Part shown: one piece after another, positions 33,231 to 41,682 of the stretch | How the letters are laid out: each line of letters opens with the position of its first letter | Position numbering within the stretch: position 1 is the first letter of the stretch | From: Candidatus Cloacimonadales bacterium | GTDB taxonomy: Bacteria; Cloacimonadota; Cloacimonadia; Cloacimonadales; JAFGVF01 | Assembly: GCA_963678315.1 (NCBI GenBank) | Contig: OY782781.1 | Span: forward strand, 1,216,001-1,280,000 | DNA length: 64,000 nt | Direction: 5' to 3' | Notes under the pieces: generated by a model | What the model was told of the DNA's origin: nothing | The model's input: only the letters and a program-made list of their open reading frames with translations | The model's database searches: none | Translations under genes and position numbers: made by a program

Positions 33231-33770
33231 GTGATGAAAAAAATATTATTTGTTGTGACTATAGTCTTGTCTTTAGTTGTCACTCTTTTTGCAGTTTATC
33301 AGATTAATCCTTCTGATTGTAGAAACTGTGGAAGATGTGTTAGTGCATGTGATGAAGATGCAATTTATTTTGATACTAGTGTTGGAAAATACCAAATTGA
33401 TCCTAACCTATGTGAAGATTGTGGTGATTGTGTTGATAGATGTAGAGATGATGCTATTGAGCAAGTTCCAGTGTCTAATGATGATACAGATGTAGAAATT
33501 GTTACTTTAAGTGTAAATGTTTTTCCTAATCCAACAGCTACAAAAGCTATCTTTAAGGTATTCACTGAAGATAGAAATATGGAAGGAAAACTTTCAATAT
33601 ATAATATGAAGGGTCAAAAAATAAGATCATATAATGTAGATAGTAAGAATAATGTTACTAGTTGGGATTTAACCAATTCGAAAGGAACTAGAGTAGCACC
33701 TGGAAATTATCTCTATAAATTAGAAGCTGGAGATAAAACTATAACCAGAGCTATGACAGTCTTGGATTAA
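33231..33770 (+). CDS. Secreted 2x[4Fe-4S] ferredoxin fused to a C-terminal FlgD-Ig / T9SS-A-like sorting domain
   Basis: Signal peptide, CRNCGRCVSAC and CEDCGDCVDRC, then VFPNP...IYNMKGQKIR...WD..N..G..V.PG.YLYKL. Confidence 0.85.
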   Translation: MMKKILFVVTIVLSLVVTLFAVYQINPSDCRNCGRCVSACDEDAIYFDTSVGKYQIDPNLCEDCGDCVDRCRDDAIEQVPVSNDDTDVEIVTLSVNVFPNPTATKAIFKVFTEDRNMEGKLSIYNMKGQKIRSYNVDSKNNVTSWDLTNSKGTRVAPGNYLYKLEAGDKTITRAMTVLD

Positions 33771-33771
33771 T

Positions 33772-34023
33772 ATGAATAAGAAACTGTTATTAATAATTAT
33801 TGTAGCAGTTGCATTTTGTGGGTTTCTCGTTGCTGTAGTAGTGACTGAGAAACCTTTTGTGCAAAAGAGCGATTGTGTTGGATGTGGAGATTGTGTAAAC
33901 GAGTGCCCTGTTGATGCTATTGAAATTGTGCATGGTAAAGCAGTTATTGACCAAGAGAAGTGTATTAACTGTCAGCTATGTGTAAAAAAATGTACTTATA
34001 ACGCTATAAAAGTAGGAAAATAA
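33772..34023 (+). CDS. Membrane-anchored or exported 2x[4Fe-4S] ferredoxin
   Basis: Long N-terminal hydrophobic helix, CVGCGDCVNECP and CINCQLCVKKC. Confidence 0.85.
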   Translation: MNKKLLLIIIVAVAFCGFLVAVVVTEKPFVQKSDCVGCGDCVNECPVDAIEIVHGKAVIDQEKCINCQLCVKKCTYNAIKVGK

Positions 34024-34268
34024 TGAAAAAGATTACTCTAATAGTACTGATTGGCTTGCTTGTTTTTGTGACTATATCTTGTAAGAAACCATCTGATAAA
34101 GAATACCATGTAGATAAATCTTCTTGTACTGCTTGCGGAGAATGTATTGATGCTTGCGATTACGATGCAATTGAATTTGATACAGATGGAAAGGCTGTGA
34201 TTGATCAATCAAAATGCAAAGCTTGTGGAGATTGCATTAAAGTATGTCCTGAAGGAGCAATCTATTAA
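34023..34268 (+). CDS. Lipoprotein 2x[4Fe-4S] ferredoxin
   Basis: Signal peptide with lipobox-like TIS-C-KK, CTACGECIDAC and CKACGDCIKVCP. Confidence 0.85.
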   Translation: MKKITLIVLIGLLVFVTISCKKPSDKEYHVDKSSCTACGECIDACDYDAIEFDTDGKAVIDQSKCKACGDCIKVCPEGAIY

Positions 34269-35479
34269 TGCGTAAAATATTCTTAACCTTGTTTTTACTA
34301 GCAGTCTCGCTGATATGGGCAGGCAACTATTGGAATCAGTCTCAAGTAACTTTAACCCAAGATGAAGATGCTGATTATTGGGGATTTAAGAATAATCATC
34401 TTGCTGAATATTATCTTAATAATCTCTATCTAGAAATAGGTCTTAATACTTTCCTTTCAGAAATCAGTTCTCCGGACTATATTGAAGAGAGAAGTTCTTA
34501 TGTTACTAATGAAATAAAATCTTTTACTATATATAATATTACTTCTAACTCAAGTCTTAAATTAGGCTTTAACAATAATTATTATGATTACAATAAAAGC
34601 ACTACTAATACTTTAGTTGAGGGGATAGGACTACCAAGCCAAACATTAGCTAAGAACTATTCATATCTTGTATATGAAGGGCAATTTAATAATTTGCAGA
34701 TTCTTAGTGGTGTAAGGTATAGAACAAATTATTATGATCATCAAATTGACCTAGGTGGTTTAATAAATACTGCTGAATATCATACTTATGATGAATTCTA
34801 TAAGGATATATATCTTGCCTATAACTTGAGTGAAGAAGTAAGGATTTATTCTGATTTCTATAATAAGACTTTCTATAGCTCAACAAAAGACTTCCTGGAT
34901 CCAAAACGTGAATATGATGTTACTGAATATGGTTTAGGTGTAAATTATACTTCAAAAGATTTCTTTAATGGAAAGCTGGTAGAAGATTTCTATTATGAAA
35001 AAAGATTAGGCGATAATCTACAAGAGTATGAAGAAGATTATTTTGTGAATAGTTTTAGATATGTTCTTGCTTTGCATGATAGATTAAATGCATTCTGTTC
35101 CTACATAAGCCACTTCTCCTATGATTCTGAAGATAAAGAATTTTATAGACTTGCTAATATGGTTAGAATGCAACTTCGCTATAACATATCTTATGATGAT
35201 GGCGATTCTTATATTTTAGCAGGAACTAGACTAAATCCTGAGAATCAATCACGAAGATACTTTGTTGAAGTTAAATATCCATTAATGGATAAGCTCTACT
35301 GTCGAGTAAATGAAACTTACTATTATGAAACATATAATTCTGTTTCAACAGCCCTTGAATACTACCTTACATCTGCAAGCCATATATATGTAGAAAATAA
35401 CTATACAGACTCTCTAGATGATTTTGGCTACTATTCTTATAAAAACCAATTCTTACTTGGTGCTAGGATGTATTTCTAA
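34268..35479 (+). CDS. Predicted outer-membrane beta-barrel protein
   Basis: Signal peptide, Tyr/Asn-rich alternating beta strands, no TM helices, C-terminal FLLGARMYF (BAM-type terminal Phe). Confidence 0.7.
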   Translation: MRKIFLTLFLLAVSLIWAGNYWNQSQVTLTQDEDADYWGFKNNHLAEYYLNNLYLEIGLNTFLSEISSPDYIEERSSYVTNEIKSFTIYNITSNSSLKLGFNNNYYDYNKSTTNTLVEGIGLPSQTLAKNYSYLVYEGQFNNLQILSGVRYRTNYYDHQIDLGGLINTAEYHTYDEFYKDIYLAYNLSEEVRIYSDFYNKTFYSSTKDFLDPKREYDVTEYGLGVNYTSKDFFNGKLVEDFYYEKRLGDNLQEYEEDYFVNSFRYVLALHDRLNAFCSYISHFSYDSEDKEFYRLANMVRMQLRYNISYDDGDSYILAGTRLNPENQSRRYFVEVKYPLMDKLYCRVNETYYYETYNSVSTALEYYLTSASHIYVENNYTDSLDDFGYYSYKNQFLLGARMYF

Positions 35480-36465
35480 TGCTTAAAACACTTATTGAAG
35501 GATTTACTTTAGGTTTATCCACAGGCACACTTTGCCTTGTTTCCTGCACACCAATTTACCTACCTTATCTTGTATCGGAAGATAGATCCTTTGCAAAGAA
35601 TATTTGGAAGGTTATGGAAATATCTCTAGGACGTTTCTTTTCCTATATAGTCTTTGGTTTAATGGCTGGTTGGTTAGGAAGCAACATTGGAACAATTAAT
35701 CGGGATTTGTTTACTGGTATTGCTTACATCCTCTTATCAATATTCTTAGTAATGAGCGTTCTTAGGACCAAAAAGAAAGGAAAAGGATGCCATGTTCCTA
35801 AAATGCTAAAAGTTACTTCTTCTGCCTTTTTGCTAGGTGTATTTACAGGAATAAACTTCTGTCCTTCTTTCTTGATAGCTCTTTCAAAAGCAGTTGATTT
35901 AGCAGGTCCAATAAGTGGAGCTTTATTGTTTATGGGCTTCTTTTTGGGGACATCTATATTTTTAATACCTTTAGCCTTTTCGGGTTTCCTTGCTCAAATT
36001 AAGAAACTCAAGCTTGTAGCTCAAATTGCTTCTATTGCCATAGCTGTCTGGTTTATATATTCTGGTGCTACAAAAGTGTATGATTATATTAAAGAATCCA
36101 ACCAAGAATATTATATTGTTGAAGCAACATCAGCTGAATATTCTATGGTGTTGATTTCTAGTCAGGATACTGGGGCAAACTTCTTGACTTTGACTGATTC
36201 CCTTTTCTCCTTCAAGAAAGATCAGTTCACTCTAATCAATGATTCAATGATAGAAGCATCTGAATTAGAAGAATTCAATGATAATACTATTTTGCTTATT
36301 GAAAAGAAACTGATTACAGAAGCTAACCATGAAGCCTTGCAAAAGTATCATCATTTTATTATCACTAAAGATATACCAGCGGAAAATATCTTAGCCTTTC
36401 TTAGAAATACTAAAATGAAATTGAAACAAGATGCTCATATACATTTTTCTTTAGAAAGTAAATAA
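35479..36465 (+). CDS. DsbD/CcdA-like (DsbD_2 / TauE-SafE clan) inner-membrane protein with a soluble C-terminal extension
   Basis: Six TM helices, GLS.G..C..SC.P in TM1, GR..SY...G..AG..G, G.NFCP in TM4, FFLGT. Confidence 0.75.
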   Translation: MLKTLIEGFTLGLSTGTLCLVSCTPIYLPYLVSEDRSFAKNIWKVMEISLGRFFSYIVFGLMAGWLGSNIGTINRDLFTGIAYILLSIFLVMSVLRTKKKGKGCHVPKMLKVTSSAFLLGVFTGINFCPSFLIALSKAVDLAGPISGALLFMGFFLGTSIFLIPLAFSGFLAQIKKLKLVAQIASIAIAVWFIYSGATKVYDYIKESNQEYYIVEATSAEYSMVLISSQDTGANFLTLTDSLFSFKKDQFTLINDSMIEASELEEFNDNTILLIEKKLITEANHEALQKYHHFIITKDIPAENILAFLRNTKMKLKQDAHIHFSLESK

Positions 36466-36487
36466 ACTATTAAGTAAAAAAACACTT

Positions 36488-36518
36488 AAGAGTCTTGATA
36501 AGTCAAGACTCTTTTCTT
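36488..36518 (+). terminator. Terminator closing the ferredoxin operon
   Basis: AAGAGTCTTGA-TAAG-TCAAGACTCTT followed by T-rich sequence. Confidence 0.75.
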
Positions 36519-36705
36519 GTTTGCAAAATAAAAGGATAAAGCTTTTTACATTTAGAATCCTAATAAGCACAGTGACTTTTTAAGTTCTAAAACATTATTT
36601 AGGATAATCTTAGCTTTTGGAATAAAAATCCCATCGCATAAATATGATTTAGGTTGAATTTACAATCTATTAGGATGTTTAATTTTGAAAACATGTGAGG
36701 TGTTT

Positions 36706-39700
36706 ATGCAAAAAAAAGTAAGCTTATTGTTTTGGTTTATAAGCATGTTTATGGTACTTTTACCAACTTTTTCCTATGGGCAATTTACTCTTGAGAGTGA
36801 TACTGAAGATCAAACAATTATTGTATTTAATCTGCCTGATTATAATATAATACAAGCAAATCATGTTAATAAAGGTTACAAAGTAATTGAAACTAGTAAA
36901 CATAATTACAGATTTGATGAAGGTTTACCTAACTTACCATTTTACAATACTACAATCCAAATCCCAGATTTGGGAGATGCTACATTTGACTATTCGATAT
37001 TAGAATCAGAAACTATTGAAAATACAGCTATTTTACCTTATTTTGAAGAAGTACCGGTTCTAGCAAATTCTACAGTAAAACAAGAAGAAAATAACCAATG
37101 GTATCCGGAAGATGAGGTGTTAATAGGCGAGCCAGCAATAATGAGAAACAAGAGATTAATCAATATAATGATTAACTCTTTTCGATACAATAACAATAAA
37201 CAAGAACTTCAAGTTCTTAAAAAAGTTAAAATAATAATCAATTATAATCGCAGTAGAACAGGAGTTAATCAGCTAATTTTTAATAATGTGGGCTCTTCTA
37301 ATGAATTCGAGGATGTTTTTAGAGCTAACATTCTTAACTATGAAAATCATGATAATAGGTCTGAATTTCAAAACCCTTCTATCCTGTATATATATAATTC
37401 TGTTTTACATGAAGGTTTTCTATCTTCCTTGAATGAGCTTGTTGAATGGAGAAGAGAGTTGGGATGGAAGGTTAGAGTTTTTAATTGTATGAATTTAACT
37501 AAAGAAGAGATTAAAGCGTATATTCAAGAGTGTTATTATTCGGATATAAATCCCATTACACATGTTACTATATTTGGCGATAATGGTATTCCATCATATT
37601 TTGAAGATATTGAGAGGGAAGATCCAACCTATGTTAATAGTGATCATCCTTATACATTGCTTTCTGGGAATGATTATCTTTCAGATATCTTTCTAAGTAG
37701 GATGTATGTAGATGATGATTATAAGGCTGCTGTTTTTGTAAATAAAATTATTAGTTATGAGAAGCAGGATATAGTAACAAATACTGATTGGTTTAATAAG
37801 AATATATTAGTAAGTGCTATTAATCAGGGTGTAGATGGTACGGTTATTTCAAGTGTTTTTACAAACCAATACGTGAATGAGATAATGTTAAGCTATAATC
37901 CTGCTTATGAGAATTCTGTTTATGATTATAGTTTGTCTACAAGTAACGTTATGGATGATATCAATGATGGCTGTCTTTTTTTTAATTATAGAGGAGATGA
38001 AACTATTTTGAATTTACACAACTACCTGGGCAACCAACTGGCAAACTATAACAAGTTACCAATTTTAGTGTTGTATACAGATAGCAGTCTGACATATTCT
38101 AACCGCTTTGGCAATTTAATGACAGTAATTGGGACTCCTGATACTCAATTAGGATCACCAGCTGTTTTTGGAATGGATACAGATGATAGTCATACAGCCT
38201 ACAATAATATTTTATCAGCTTCTACAATGGAATATTTCTTTGTAAATGATGGATGGTATTGTTCTAGTGCATTAAACAACGCTAAGTTGAGATTATGGCA
38301 AACTTATAATATACATAATCCTCAAGTCGCTGATTTACAAATGAAAGCTGCTGCACTCAATGGTGATGCTGCTATGAAAGTTTGGAAAGGTGTTCCCAAA
38401 GATATGGATGTATCATGTGATGATATTATTTTAGTAGGAAGTGACCAGTTTGAAGTTAGTGTAATGGAAGGTAACCAAGCTTTAAAAGATGTATGGGCAA
38501 CAATAAAGATTGGTGATGAGACCTACTCAACTTATACAGATTCTCGAGGTATTGCTATGATAGAATTTGCTATGGAAAGTGGGGAGGATGTTCTCTTAAC
38601 TCTATCTAAAGAGGGTTATAGAACACAACAAATGCCTTTATCTATTGAGGAAATTGAAGAAAGTATTATCATTGAAAATACTTCCTTATACTCCAATAAT
38701 CAAGAGTGTGATTTTTTATTAGCTCAATCTAGCTATGACTTAGAGTTGGAACTAAAAAATACAGGAACAGTCTTACTCCAAGATGTAGAGGTTACAATTA
38801 CCTGTGATTCTGAGGATATTAATTTTGATGCTGGTCAATTAAACTTTGGTGACTTAGCTTGTGGCGAAACTGGTCTAGGGAATTTCTCTTTCTCGGTGTT
38901 CTCTATTAATAACGATAAAGCTATAAAGTTTGATATTCTAATTGAATCTGGAGACAGGTCGTGGAATAAATTTATCTATTTTGATACTCAGACTCCAATT
39001 ATTGAGATTGATCCACAATTTGTAACTAATAGCTATAATTTTTTTCATGGGATAGTTGATTTCAGGATAGTTAATAACGGTAATCAAGCTCTAAATAATG
39101 GATTAGCTACTTTAACTACTAGTAATGGAGCTTTTACCATTACAGATAGCTCTTTTGAATTTAATGCGTTAGACATTGATAGTACTTTGACTCTAAACTA
39201 CTCCATTTCTTCAATAGGAAATATTTATTTGGGTACAATTGTACCTTTTGAGTTAGAGATAGAAGGGGATGGATATCATACAGTTTTACAGACGAATGCA
39301 TCTTACGCTTATCCTAGCCAAACTCAACCTACTGGTCCTGATCCCTATGGATATGTTATATATGATTCTTATGATACAAATTATGAGGAATGCCCAAACT
39401 ATGAATGGATTGATAGTTCTGAAATTGATAATGGTACTTATTTTGAGCTTGATTTTGACTATTCTACTCCTGAAGAAAACACAGTTCAATGCATAGAAAT
39501 GCCTTTTACCTTTAGTTTTTATGGGGTAGAATATGATTCTATATCTGTGTGTGCAAATGGATGGTTATCTTTTGGATATACCGAGCAAGCAAGCTTCAGA
39601 AATTGGAGTGTTCCTGGTCCTTTAGGTCCATCTCCTATGCTTGCTGTCTTTTGGGATGACCTTGAAATGGAAGAGTCTTCAAGTTGCAATTATGTTTATG

Positions 39701-40869
39701 ATATTGATAATCATTGTGTTATTATAACATGGCAAGACGTTGAAATATACAATAATGTTGCTCTTATTACTTTTCAAGCTATATTATATGACCCTGATTA
39801 TTATGATACCTCAACTAATGATGGACCGATTAAATTACAGTATCAAGATATATGGATTTTTGAAGTTAATCAACATAGTGGGGGGAATTATGTAACGGTT
39901 GGAACAGAAGATCATACTAGCCAAGTTGGATTAGAATACACTTTTAATAATCAATATCCTGTTACAGCACATCAATTAGAGGATAATTTCGCCCTTTACA
40001 TAACTACAGAAACTGAACAAAAAGCTCCTATAGCCATAGCAGAAATAAGTGATATATATATTGATGAAGATTCTGAATTCTCTGGATTAAATACAATCAA
40101 TTTGTTTAGAGACCCTAATAATGATGACTTTGAGATTTTCCTTGCAAATACAGAACATTTTACTATGACTATTAATGAAGCAAATATTGCTACTATTAGC
40201 CCAACAGAAGACTGGTATGGTGTTGAAGAAGTCACTCTATGTGCTCAAGATGATTTTAATCCTGATTGCGGAGAAATATCTTTTACTATGAATGTAAATC
40301 CTATCAATGATAGGCCTGTTTTACTCAATTCTTACCCTGAAGAAAGTGACTTGATAAGTGAGGTTGATTTCTTTGGATTTGGAGTTGATGTATATGACCC
40401 AGATAATGATATTGACTATACATGGAAGATAAATGGCACGATTATTGAGGGCGAGACAACTGATACATTGTACTACTATTTTGAAGAATTGGGTATCTAT
40501 AATATTAAATGTTATGCTACAGATGGTATGGTTACTATAATGACTGATTGGAATATTACTGTTACGACTGATAATGAAGTAGAATATGCTTTAGTTAACT
40601 CTCTATCCCAGAATATTCCTAATCCATTCAATCCTTCTACTGCTATAAATTTCTCTATTAAGAATAGTAGTAAAGTATCATTAATCATTTACAACATAAA
40701 AGGTCAAAAGGTTAAAACTCTCGTTTCTGATAGATTAGAAAAGGGAAATCATACTGTTGTTTGGAAGGGTAATGATGATAATAATCAAAAGGTTTCATCA
40801 GGTATTTACTTCTATAGATTAATCACTGATGAATTCCAATCTACAAGAAAGGCTATTATGCTGAAATAG
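36706..40869 (+). CDS. Large secreted C25 (gingipain)-like protein with propeptide, Ig-like domains and C-terminal sorting domain
   Basis: EGLPNLP propeptide, EWRRELG, SDHPY.LL.G.DY..D..LSR, NKIISYE, LNGDAA..VW. C-terminal QNIPNPFNP...SSGIYFYRL. Confidence 0.8.
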   Translation: MQKKVSLLFWFISMFMVLLPTFSYGQFTLESDTEDQTIIVFNLPDYNIIQANHVNKGYKVIETSKHNYRFDEGLPNLPFYNTTIQIPDLGDATFDYSILESETIENTAILPYFEEVPVLANSTVKQEENNQWYPEDEVLIGEPAIMRNKRLINIMINSFRYNNNKQELQVLKKVKIIINYNRSRTGVNQLIFNNVGSSNEFEDVFRANILNYENHDNRSEFQNPSILYIYNSVLHEGFLSSLNELVEWRRELGWKVRVFNCMNLTKEEIKAYIQECYYSDINPITHVTIFGDNGIPSYFEDIEREDPTYVNSDHPYTLLSGNDYLSDIFLSRMYVDDDYKAAVFVNKIISYEKQDIVTNTDWFNKNILVSAINQGVDGTVISSVFTNQYVNEIMLSYNPAYENSVYDYSLSTSNVMDDINDGCLFFNYRGDETILNLHNYLGNQLANYNKLPILVLYTDSSLTYSNRFGNLMTVIGTPDTQLGSPAVFGMDTDDSHTAYNNILSASTMEYFFVNDGWYCSSALNNAKLRLWQTYNIHNPQVADLQMKAAALNGDAAMKVWKGVPKDMDVSCDDIILVGSDQFEVSVMEGNQALKDVWATIKIGDETYSTYTDSRGIAMIEFAMESGEDVLLTLSKEGYRTQQMPLSIEEIEESIIIENTSLYSNNQECDFLLAQSSYDLELELKNTGTVLLQDVEVTITCDSEDINFDAGQLNFGDLACGETGLGNFSFSVFSINNDKAIKFDILIESGDRSWNKFIYFDTQTPIIEIDPQFVTNSYNFFHGIVDFRIVNNGNQALNNGLATLTTSNGAFTITDSSFEFNALDIDSTLTLNYSISSIGNIYLGTIVPFELEIEGDGYHTVLQTNASYAYPSQTQPTGPDPYGYVIYDSYDTNYEECPNYEWIDSSEIDNGTYFELDFDYSTPEENTVQCIEMPFTFSFYGVEYDSISVCANGWLSFGYTEQASFRNWSVPGPLGPSPMLAVFWDDLEMEESSSCNYVYDIDNHCVIITWQDVEIYNNVALITFQAILYDPDYYDTSTNDGPIKLQYQDIWIFEVNQHSGGNYVTVGTEDHTSQVGLEYTFNNQYPVTAHQLEDNFALYITTETEQKAPIAIAEISDIYIDEDSEFSGLNTINLFRDPNNDDFEIFLANTEHFTMTINEANIATISPTEDWYGVEEVTLCAQDDFNPDCGEISFTMNVNPINDRPVLLNSYPEESDLISEVDFFGFGVDVYDPDNDIDYTWKINGTIIEGETTDTLYYYFEELGIYNIKCYATDGMVTIMTDWNITVTTDNEVEYALVNSLSQNIPNPFNPSTAINFSIKNSSKVSLIIYNIKGQKVKTLVSDRLEKGNHTVVWKGNDDNNQKVSSGIYFYRLITDEFQSTRKAIMLK

Positions 40870-40896
40870 TTTACTGCTTATATATAACTTAAAGAT

Positions 40897-40923
40897 GTAG
40901 AGACGCTAGCTAAGCGTCTCTAT
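40897..40923. repeat. GTAG-type REP-like hairpin / possible terminator
   Basis: GTAGAGACGC-TAGCTA-AGCGTCTCTA. Confidence 0.55.
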
Positions 40924-41151
40924 CAATTTATATATCTCCAAAGAGGATACATTTTTTGGGCTTAGTAGCAAGGATATTGCTAATACTAACTAACTTTTCC
41001 TCATCATACTTTAAAAAAATAATAACTATTATTAATTATTATTAGCATTTTATTCTATCTTGTAAAAAAAAGTTTCCTTACATAAGTATCTAATAATTAG
41101 TAATAAAGAGAATCTACAGCTAATTAATATTAATATTTTGTAAAAAAAGTA

Positions 41152-41180
41152 TTGACATGGAAACAAGCATTTTATAACTT
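41152..41180 (+). promoter_or_regulatory. Sigma70-type promoter of the tRNA operon
   Basis: TTGACA-17 nt-TAACTT, about 20 nt upstream of tRNA-Ser. Confidence 0.65.
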
Positions 41181-41201
41181 GCTTTTACATGATTTGAACA
41201 C

Positions 41202-41287
41202 GGAGAATTAGTCCTAATTGGTAAGGCAGCGGTCTTGAAAACCGCCGGGCTTCGCCCTTGGGGGTTCGAGTCCCTCATTCTCCGCCA
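41202..41287 (+). tRNA. tRNA-Ser(TGA)
   Basis: Acceptor GGAGAAT/ATTCTCC, anticodon arm GCGGT-CTTGAAA-ACCGC, long variable arm, TTCGAG loop, encoded CCA. Confidence 0.95.
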
Positions 41288-41305
41288 TTTCTTTTATTAA
41301 TAAGT

Positions 41306-41396
41306 GGAGAGGTGGCCGAGCGGCTTAAGGCGTGCGCCTGCTAAGCGTATGTAGGCTAATCCCCTACCGAGGGTTCAAATCCCTCCTTCTCCGCCA
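41306..41396 (+). tRNA. tRNA-Ser(GCT)
   Basis: GGAGAGG acceptor, TGCGC-CTGCTAA-GCGTA, long variable arm, TTCAAAT loop, CCA. Confidence 0.95.
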
Positions 41397-41429
41397 TTGC
41401 GAATATTAAAAAATTAATATAAACAGTGT

Positions 41430-41504
41430 TGGGACGTCGACAAGTGGTAAGTCACATGGTTTTGGTCCATGTATCCGCGGGTTCGAATCCTGCCGTCCCA
41501 ACCA
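41430..41504 (+). tRNA. tRNA-Gln(TTG)
   Basis: TGGGACG/CGTCCCA acceptor, CATGG-TTTTGGT-CCATG, TTCGAAT loop, CCA. Confidence 0.95.
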
Positions 41505-41682
41505 TTTTAATTATACATGAACCGTTTTAGACGGTCTTTTTTTTTGCCCTGAAATATCCAATTCTACTTGTAGACAAGACCTTTTACACAAAAAAAGAAC
41601 CAGAACAAAATTAATCTGTTCTGGTCCTAAAATGCTTAACCCAGATAAATCCTAATAGATTATATGGGCTAAAATTGTTTAT

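Noticed and set aside
32681..34268. c-type cytochrome interpretation of the Cys-rich exported proteins
   Set aside because: No CxxCH motif is present. The spacing is CxxCxxCxxxC, which is ferredoxin type.
41202..41287. Possible selenocysteine or suppressor tRNA
   Set aside because: The anticodon reads TGA (decodes UCA, Ser), not TCA, and the acceptor stem is a normal 7 bp.
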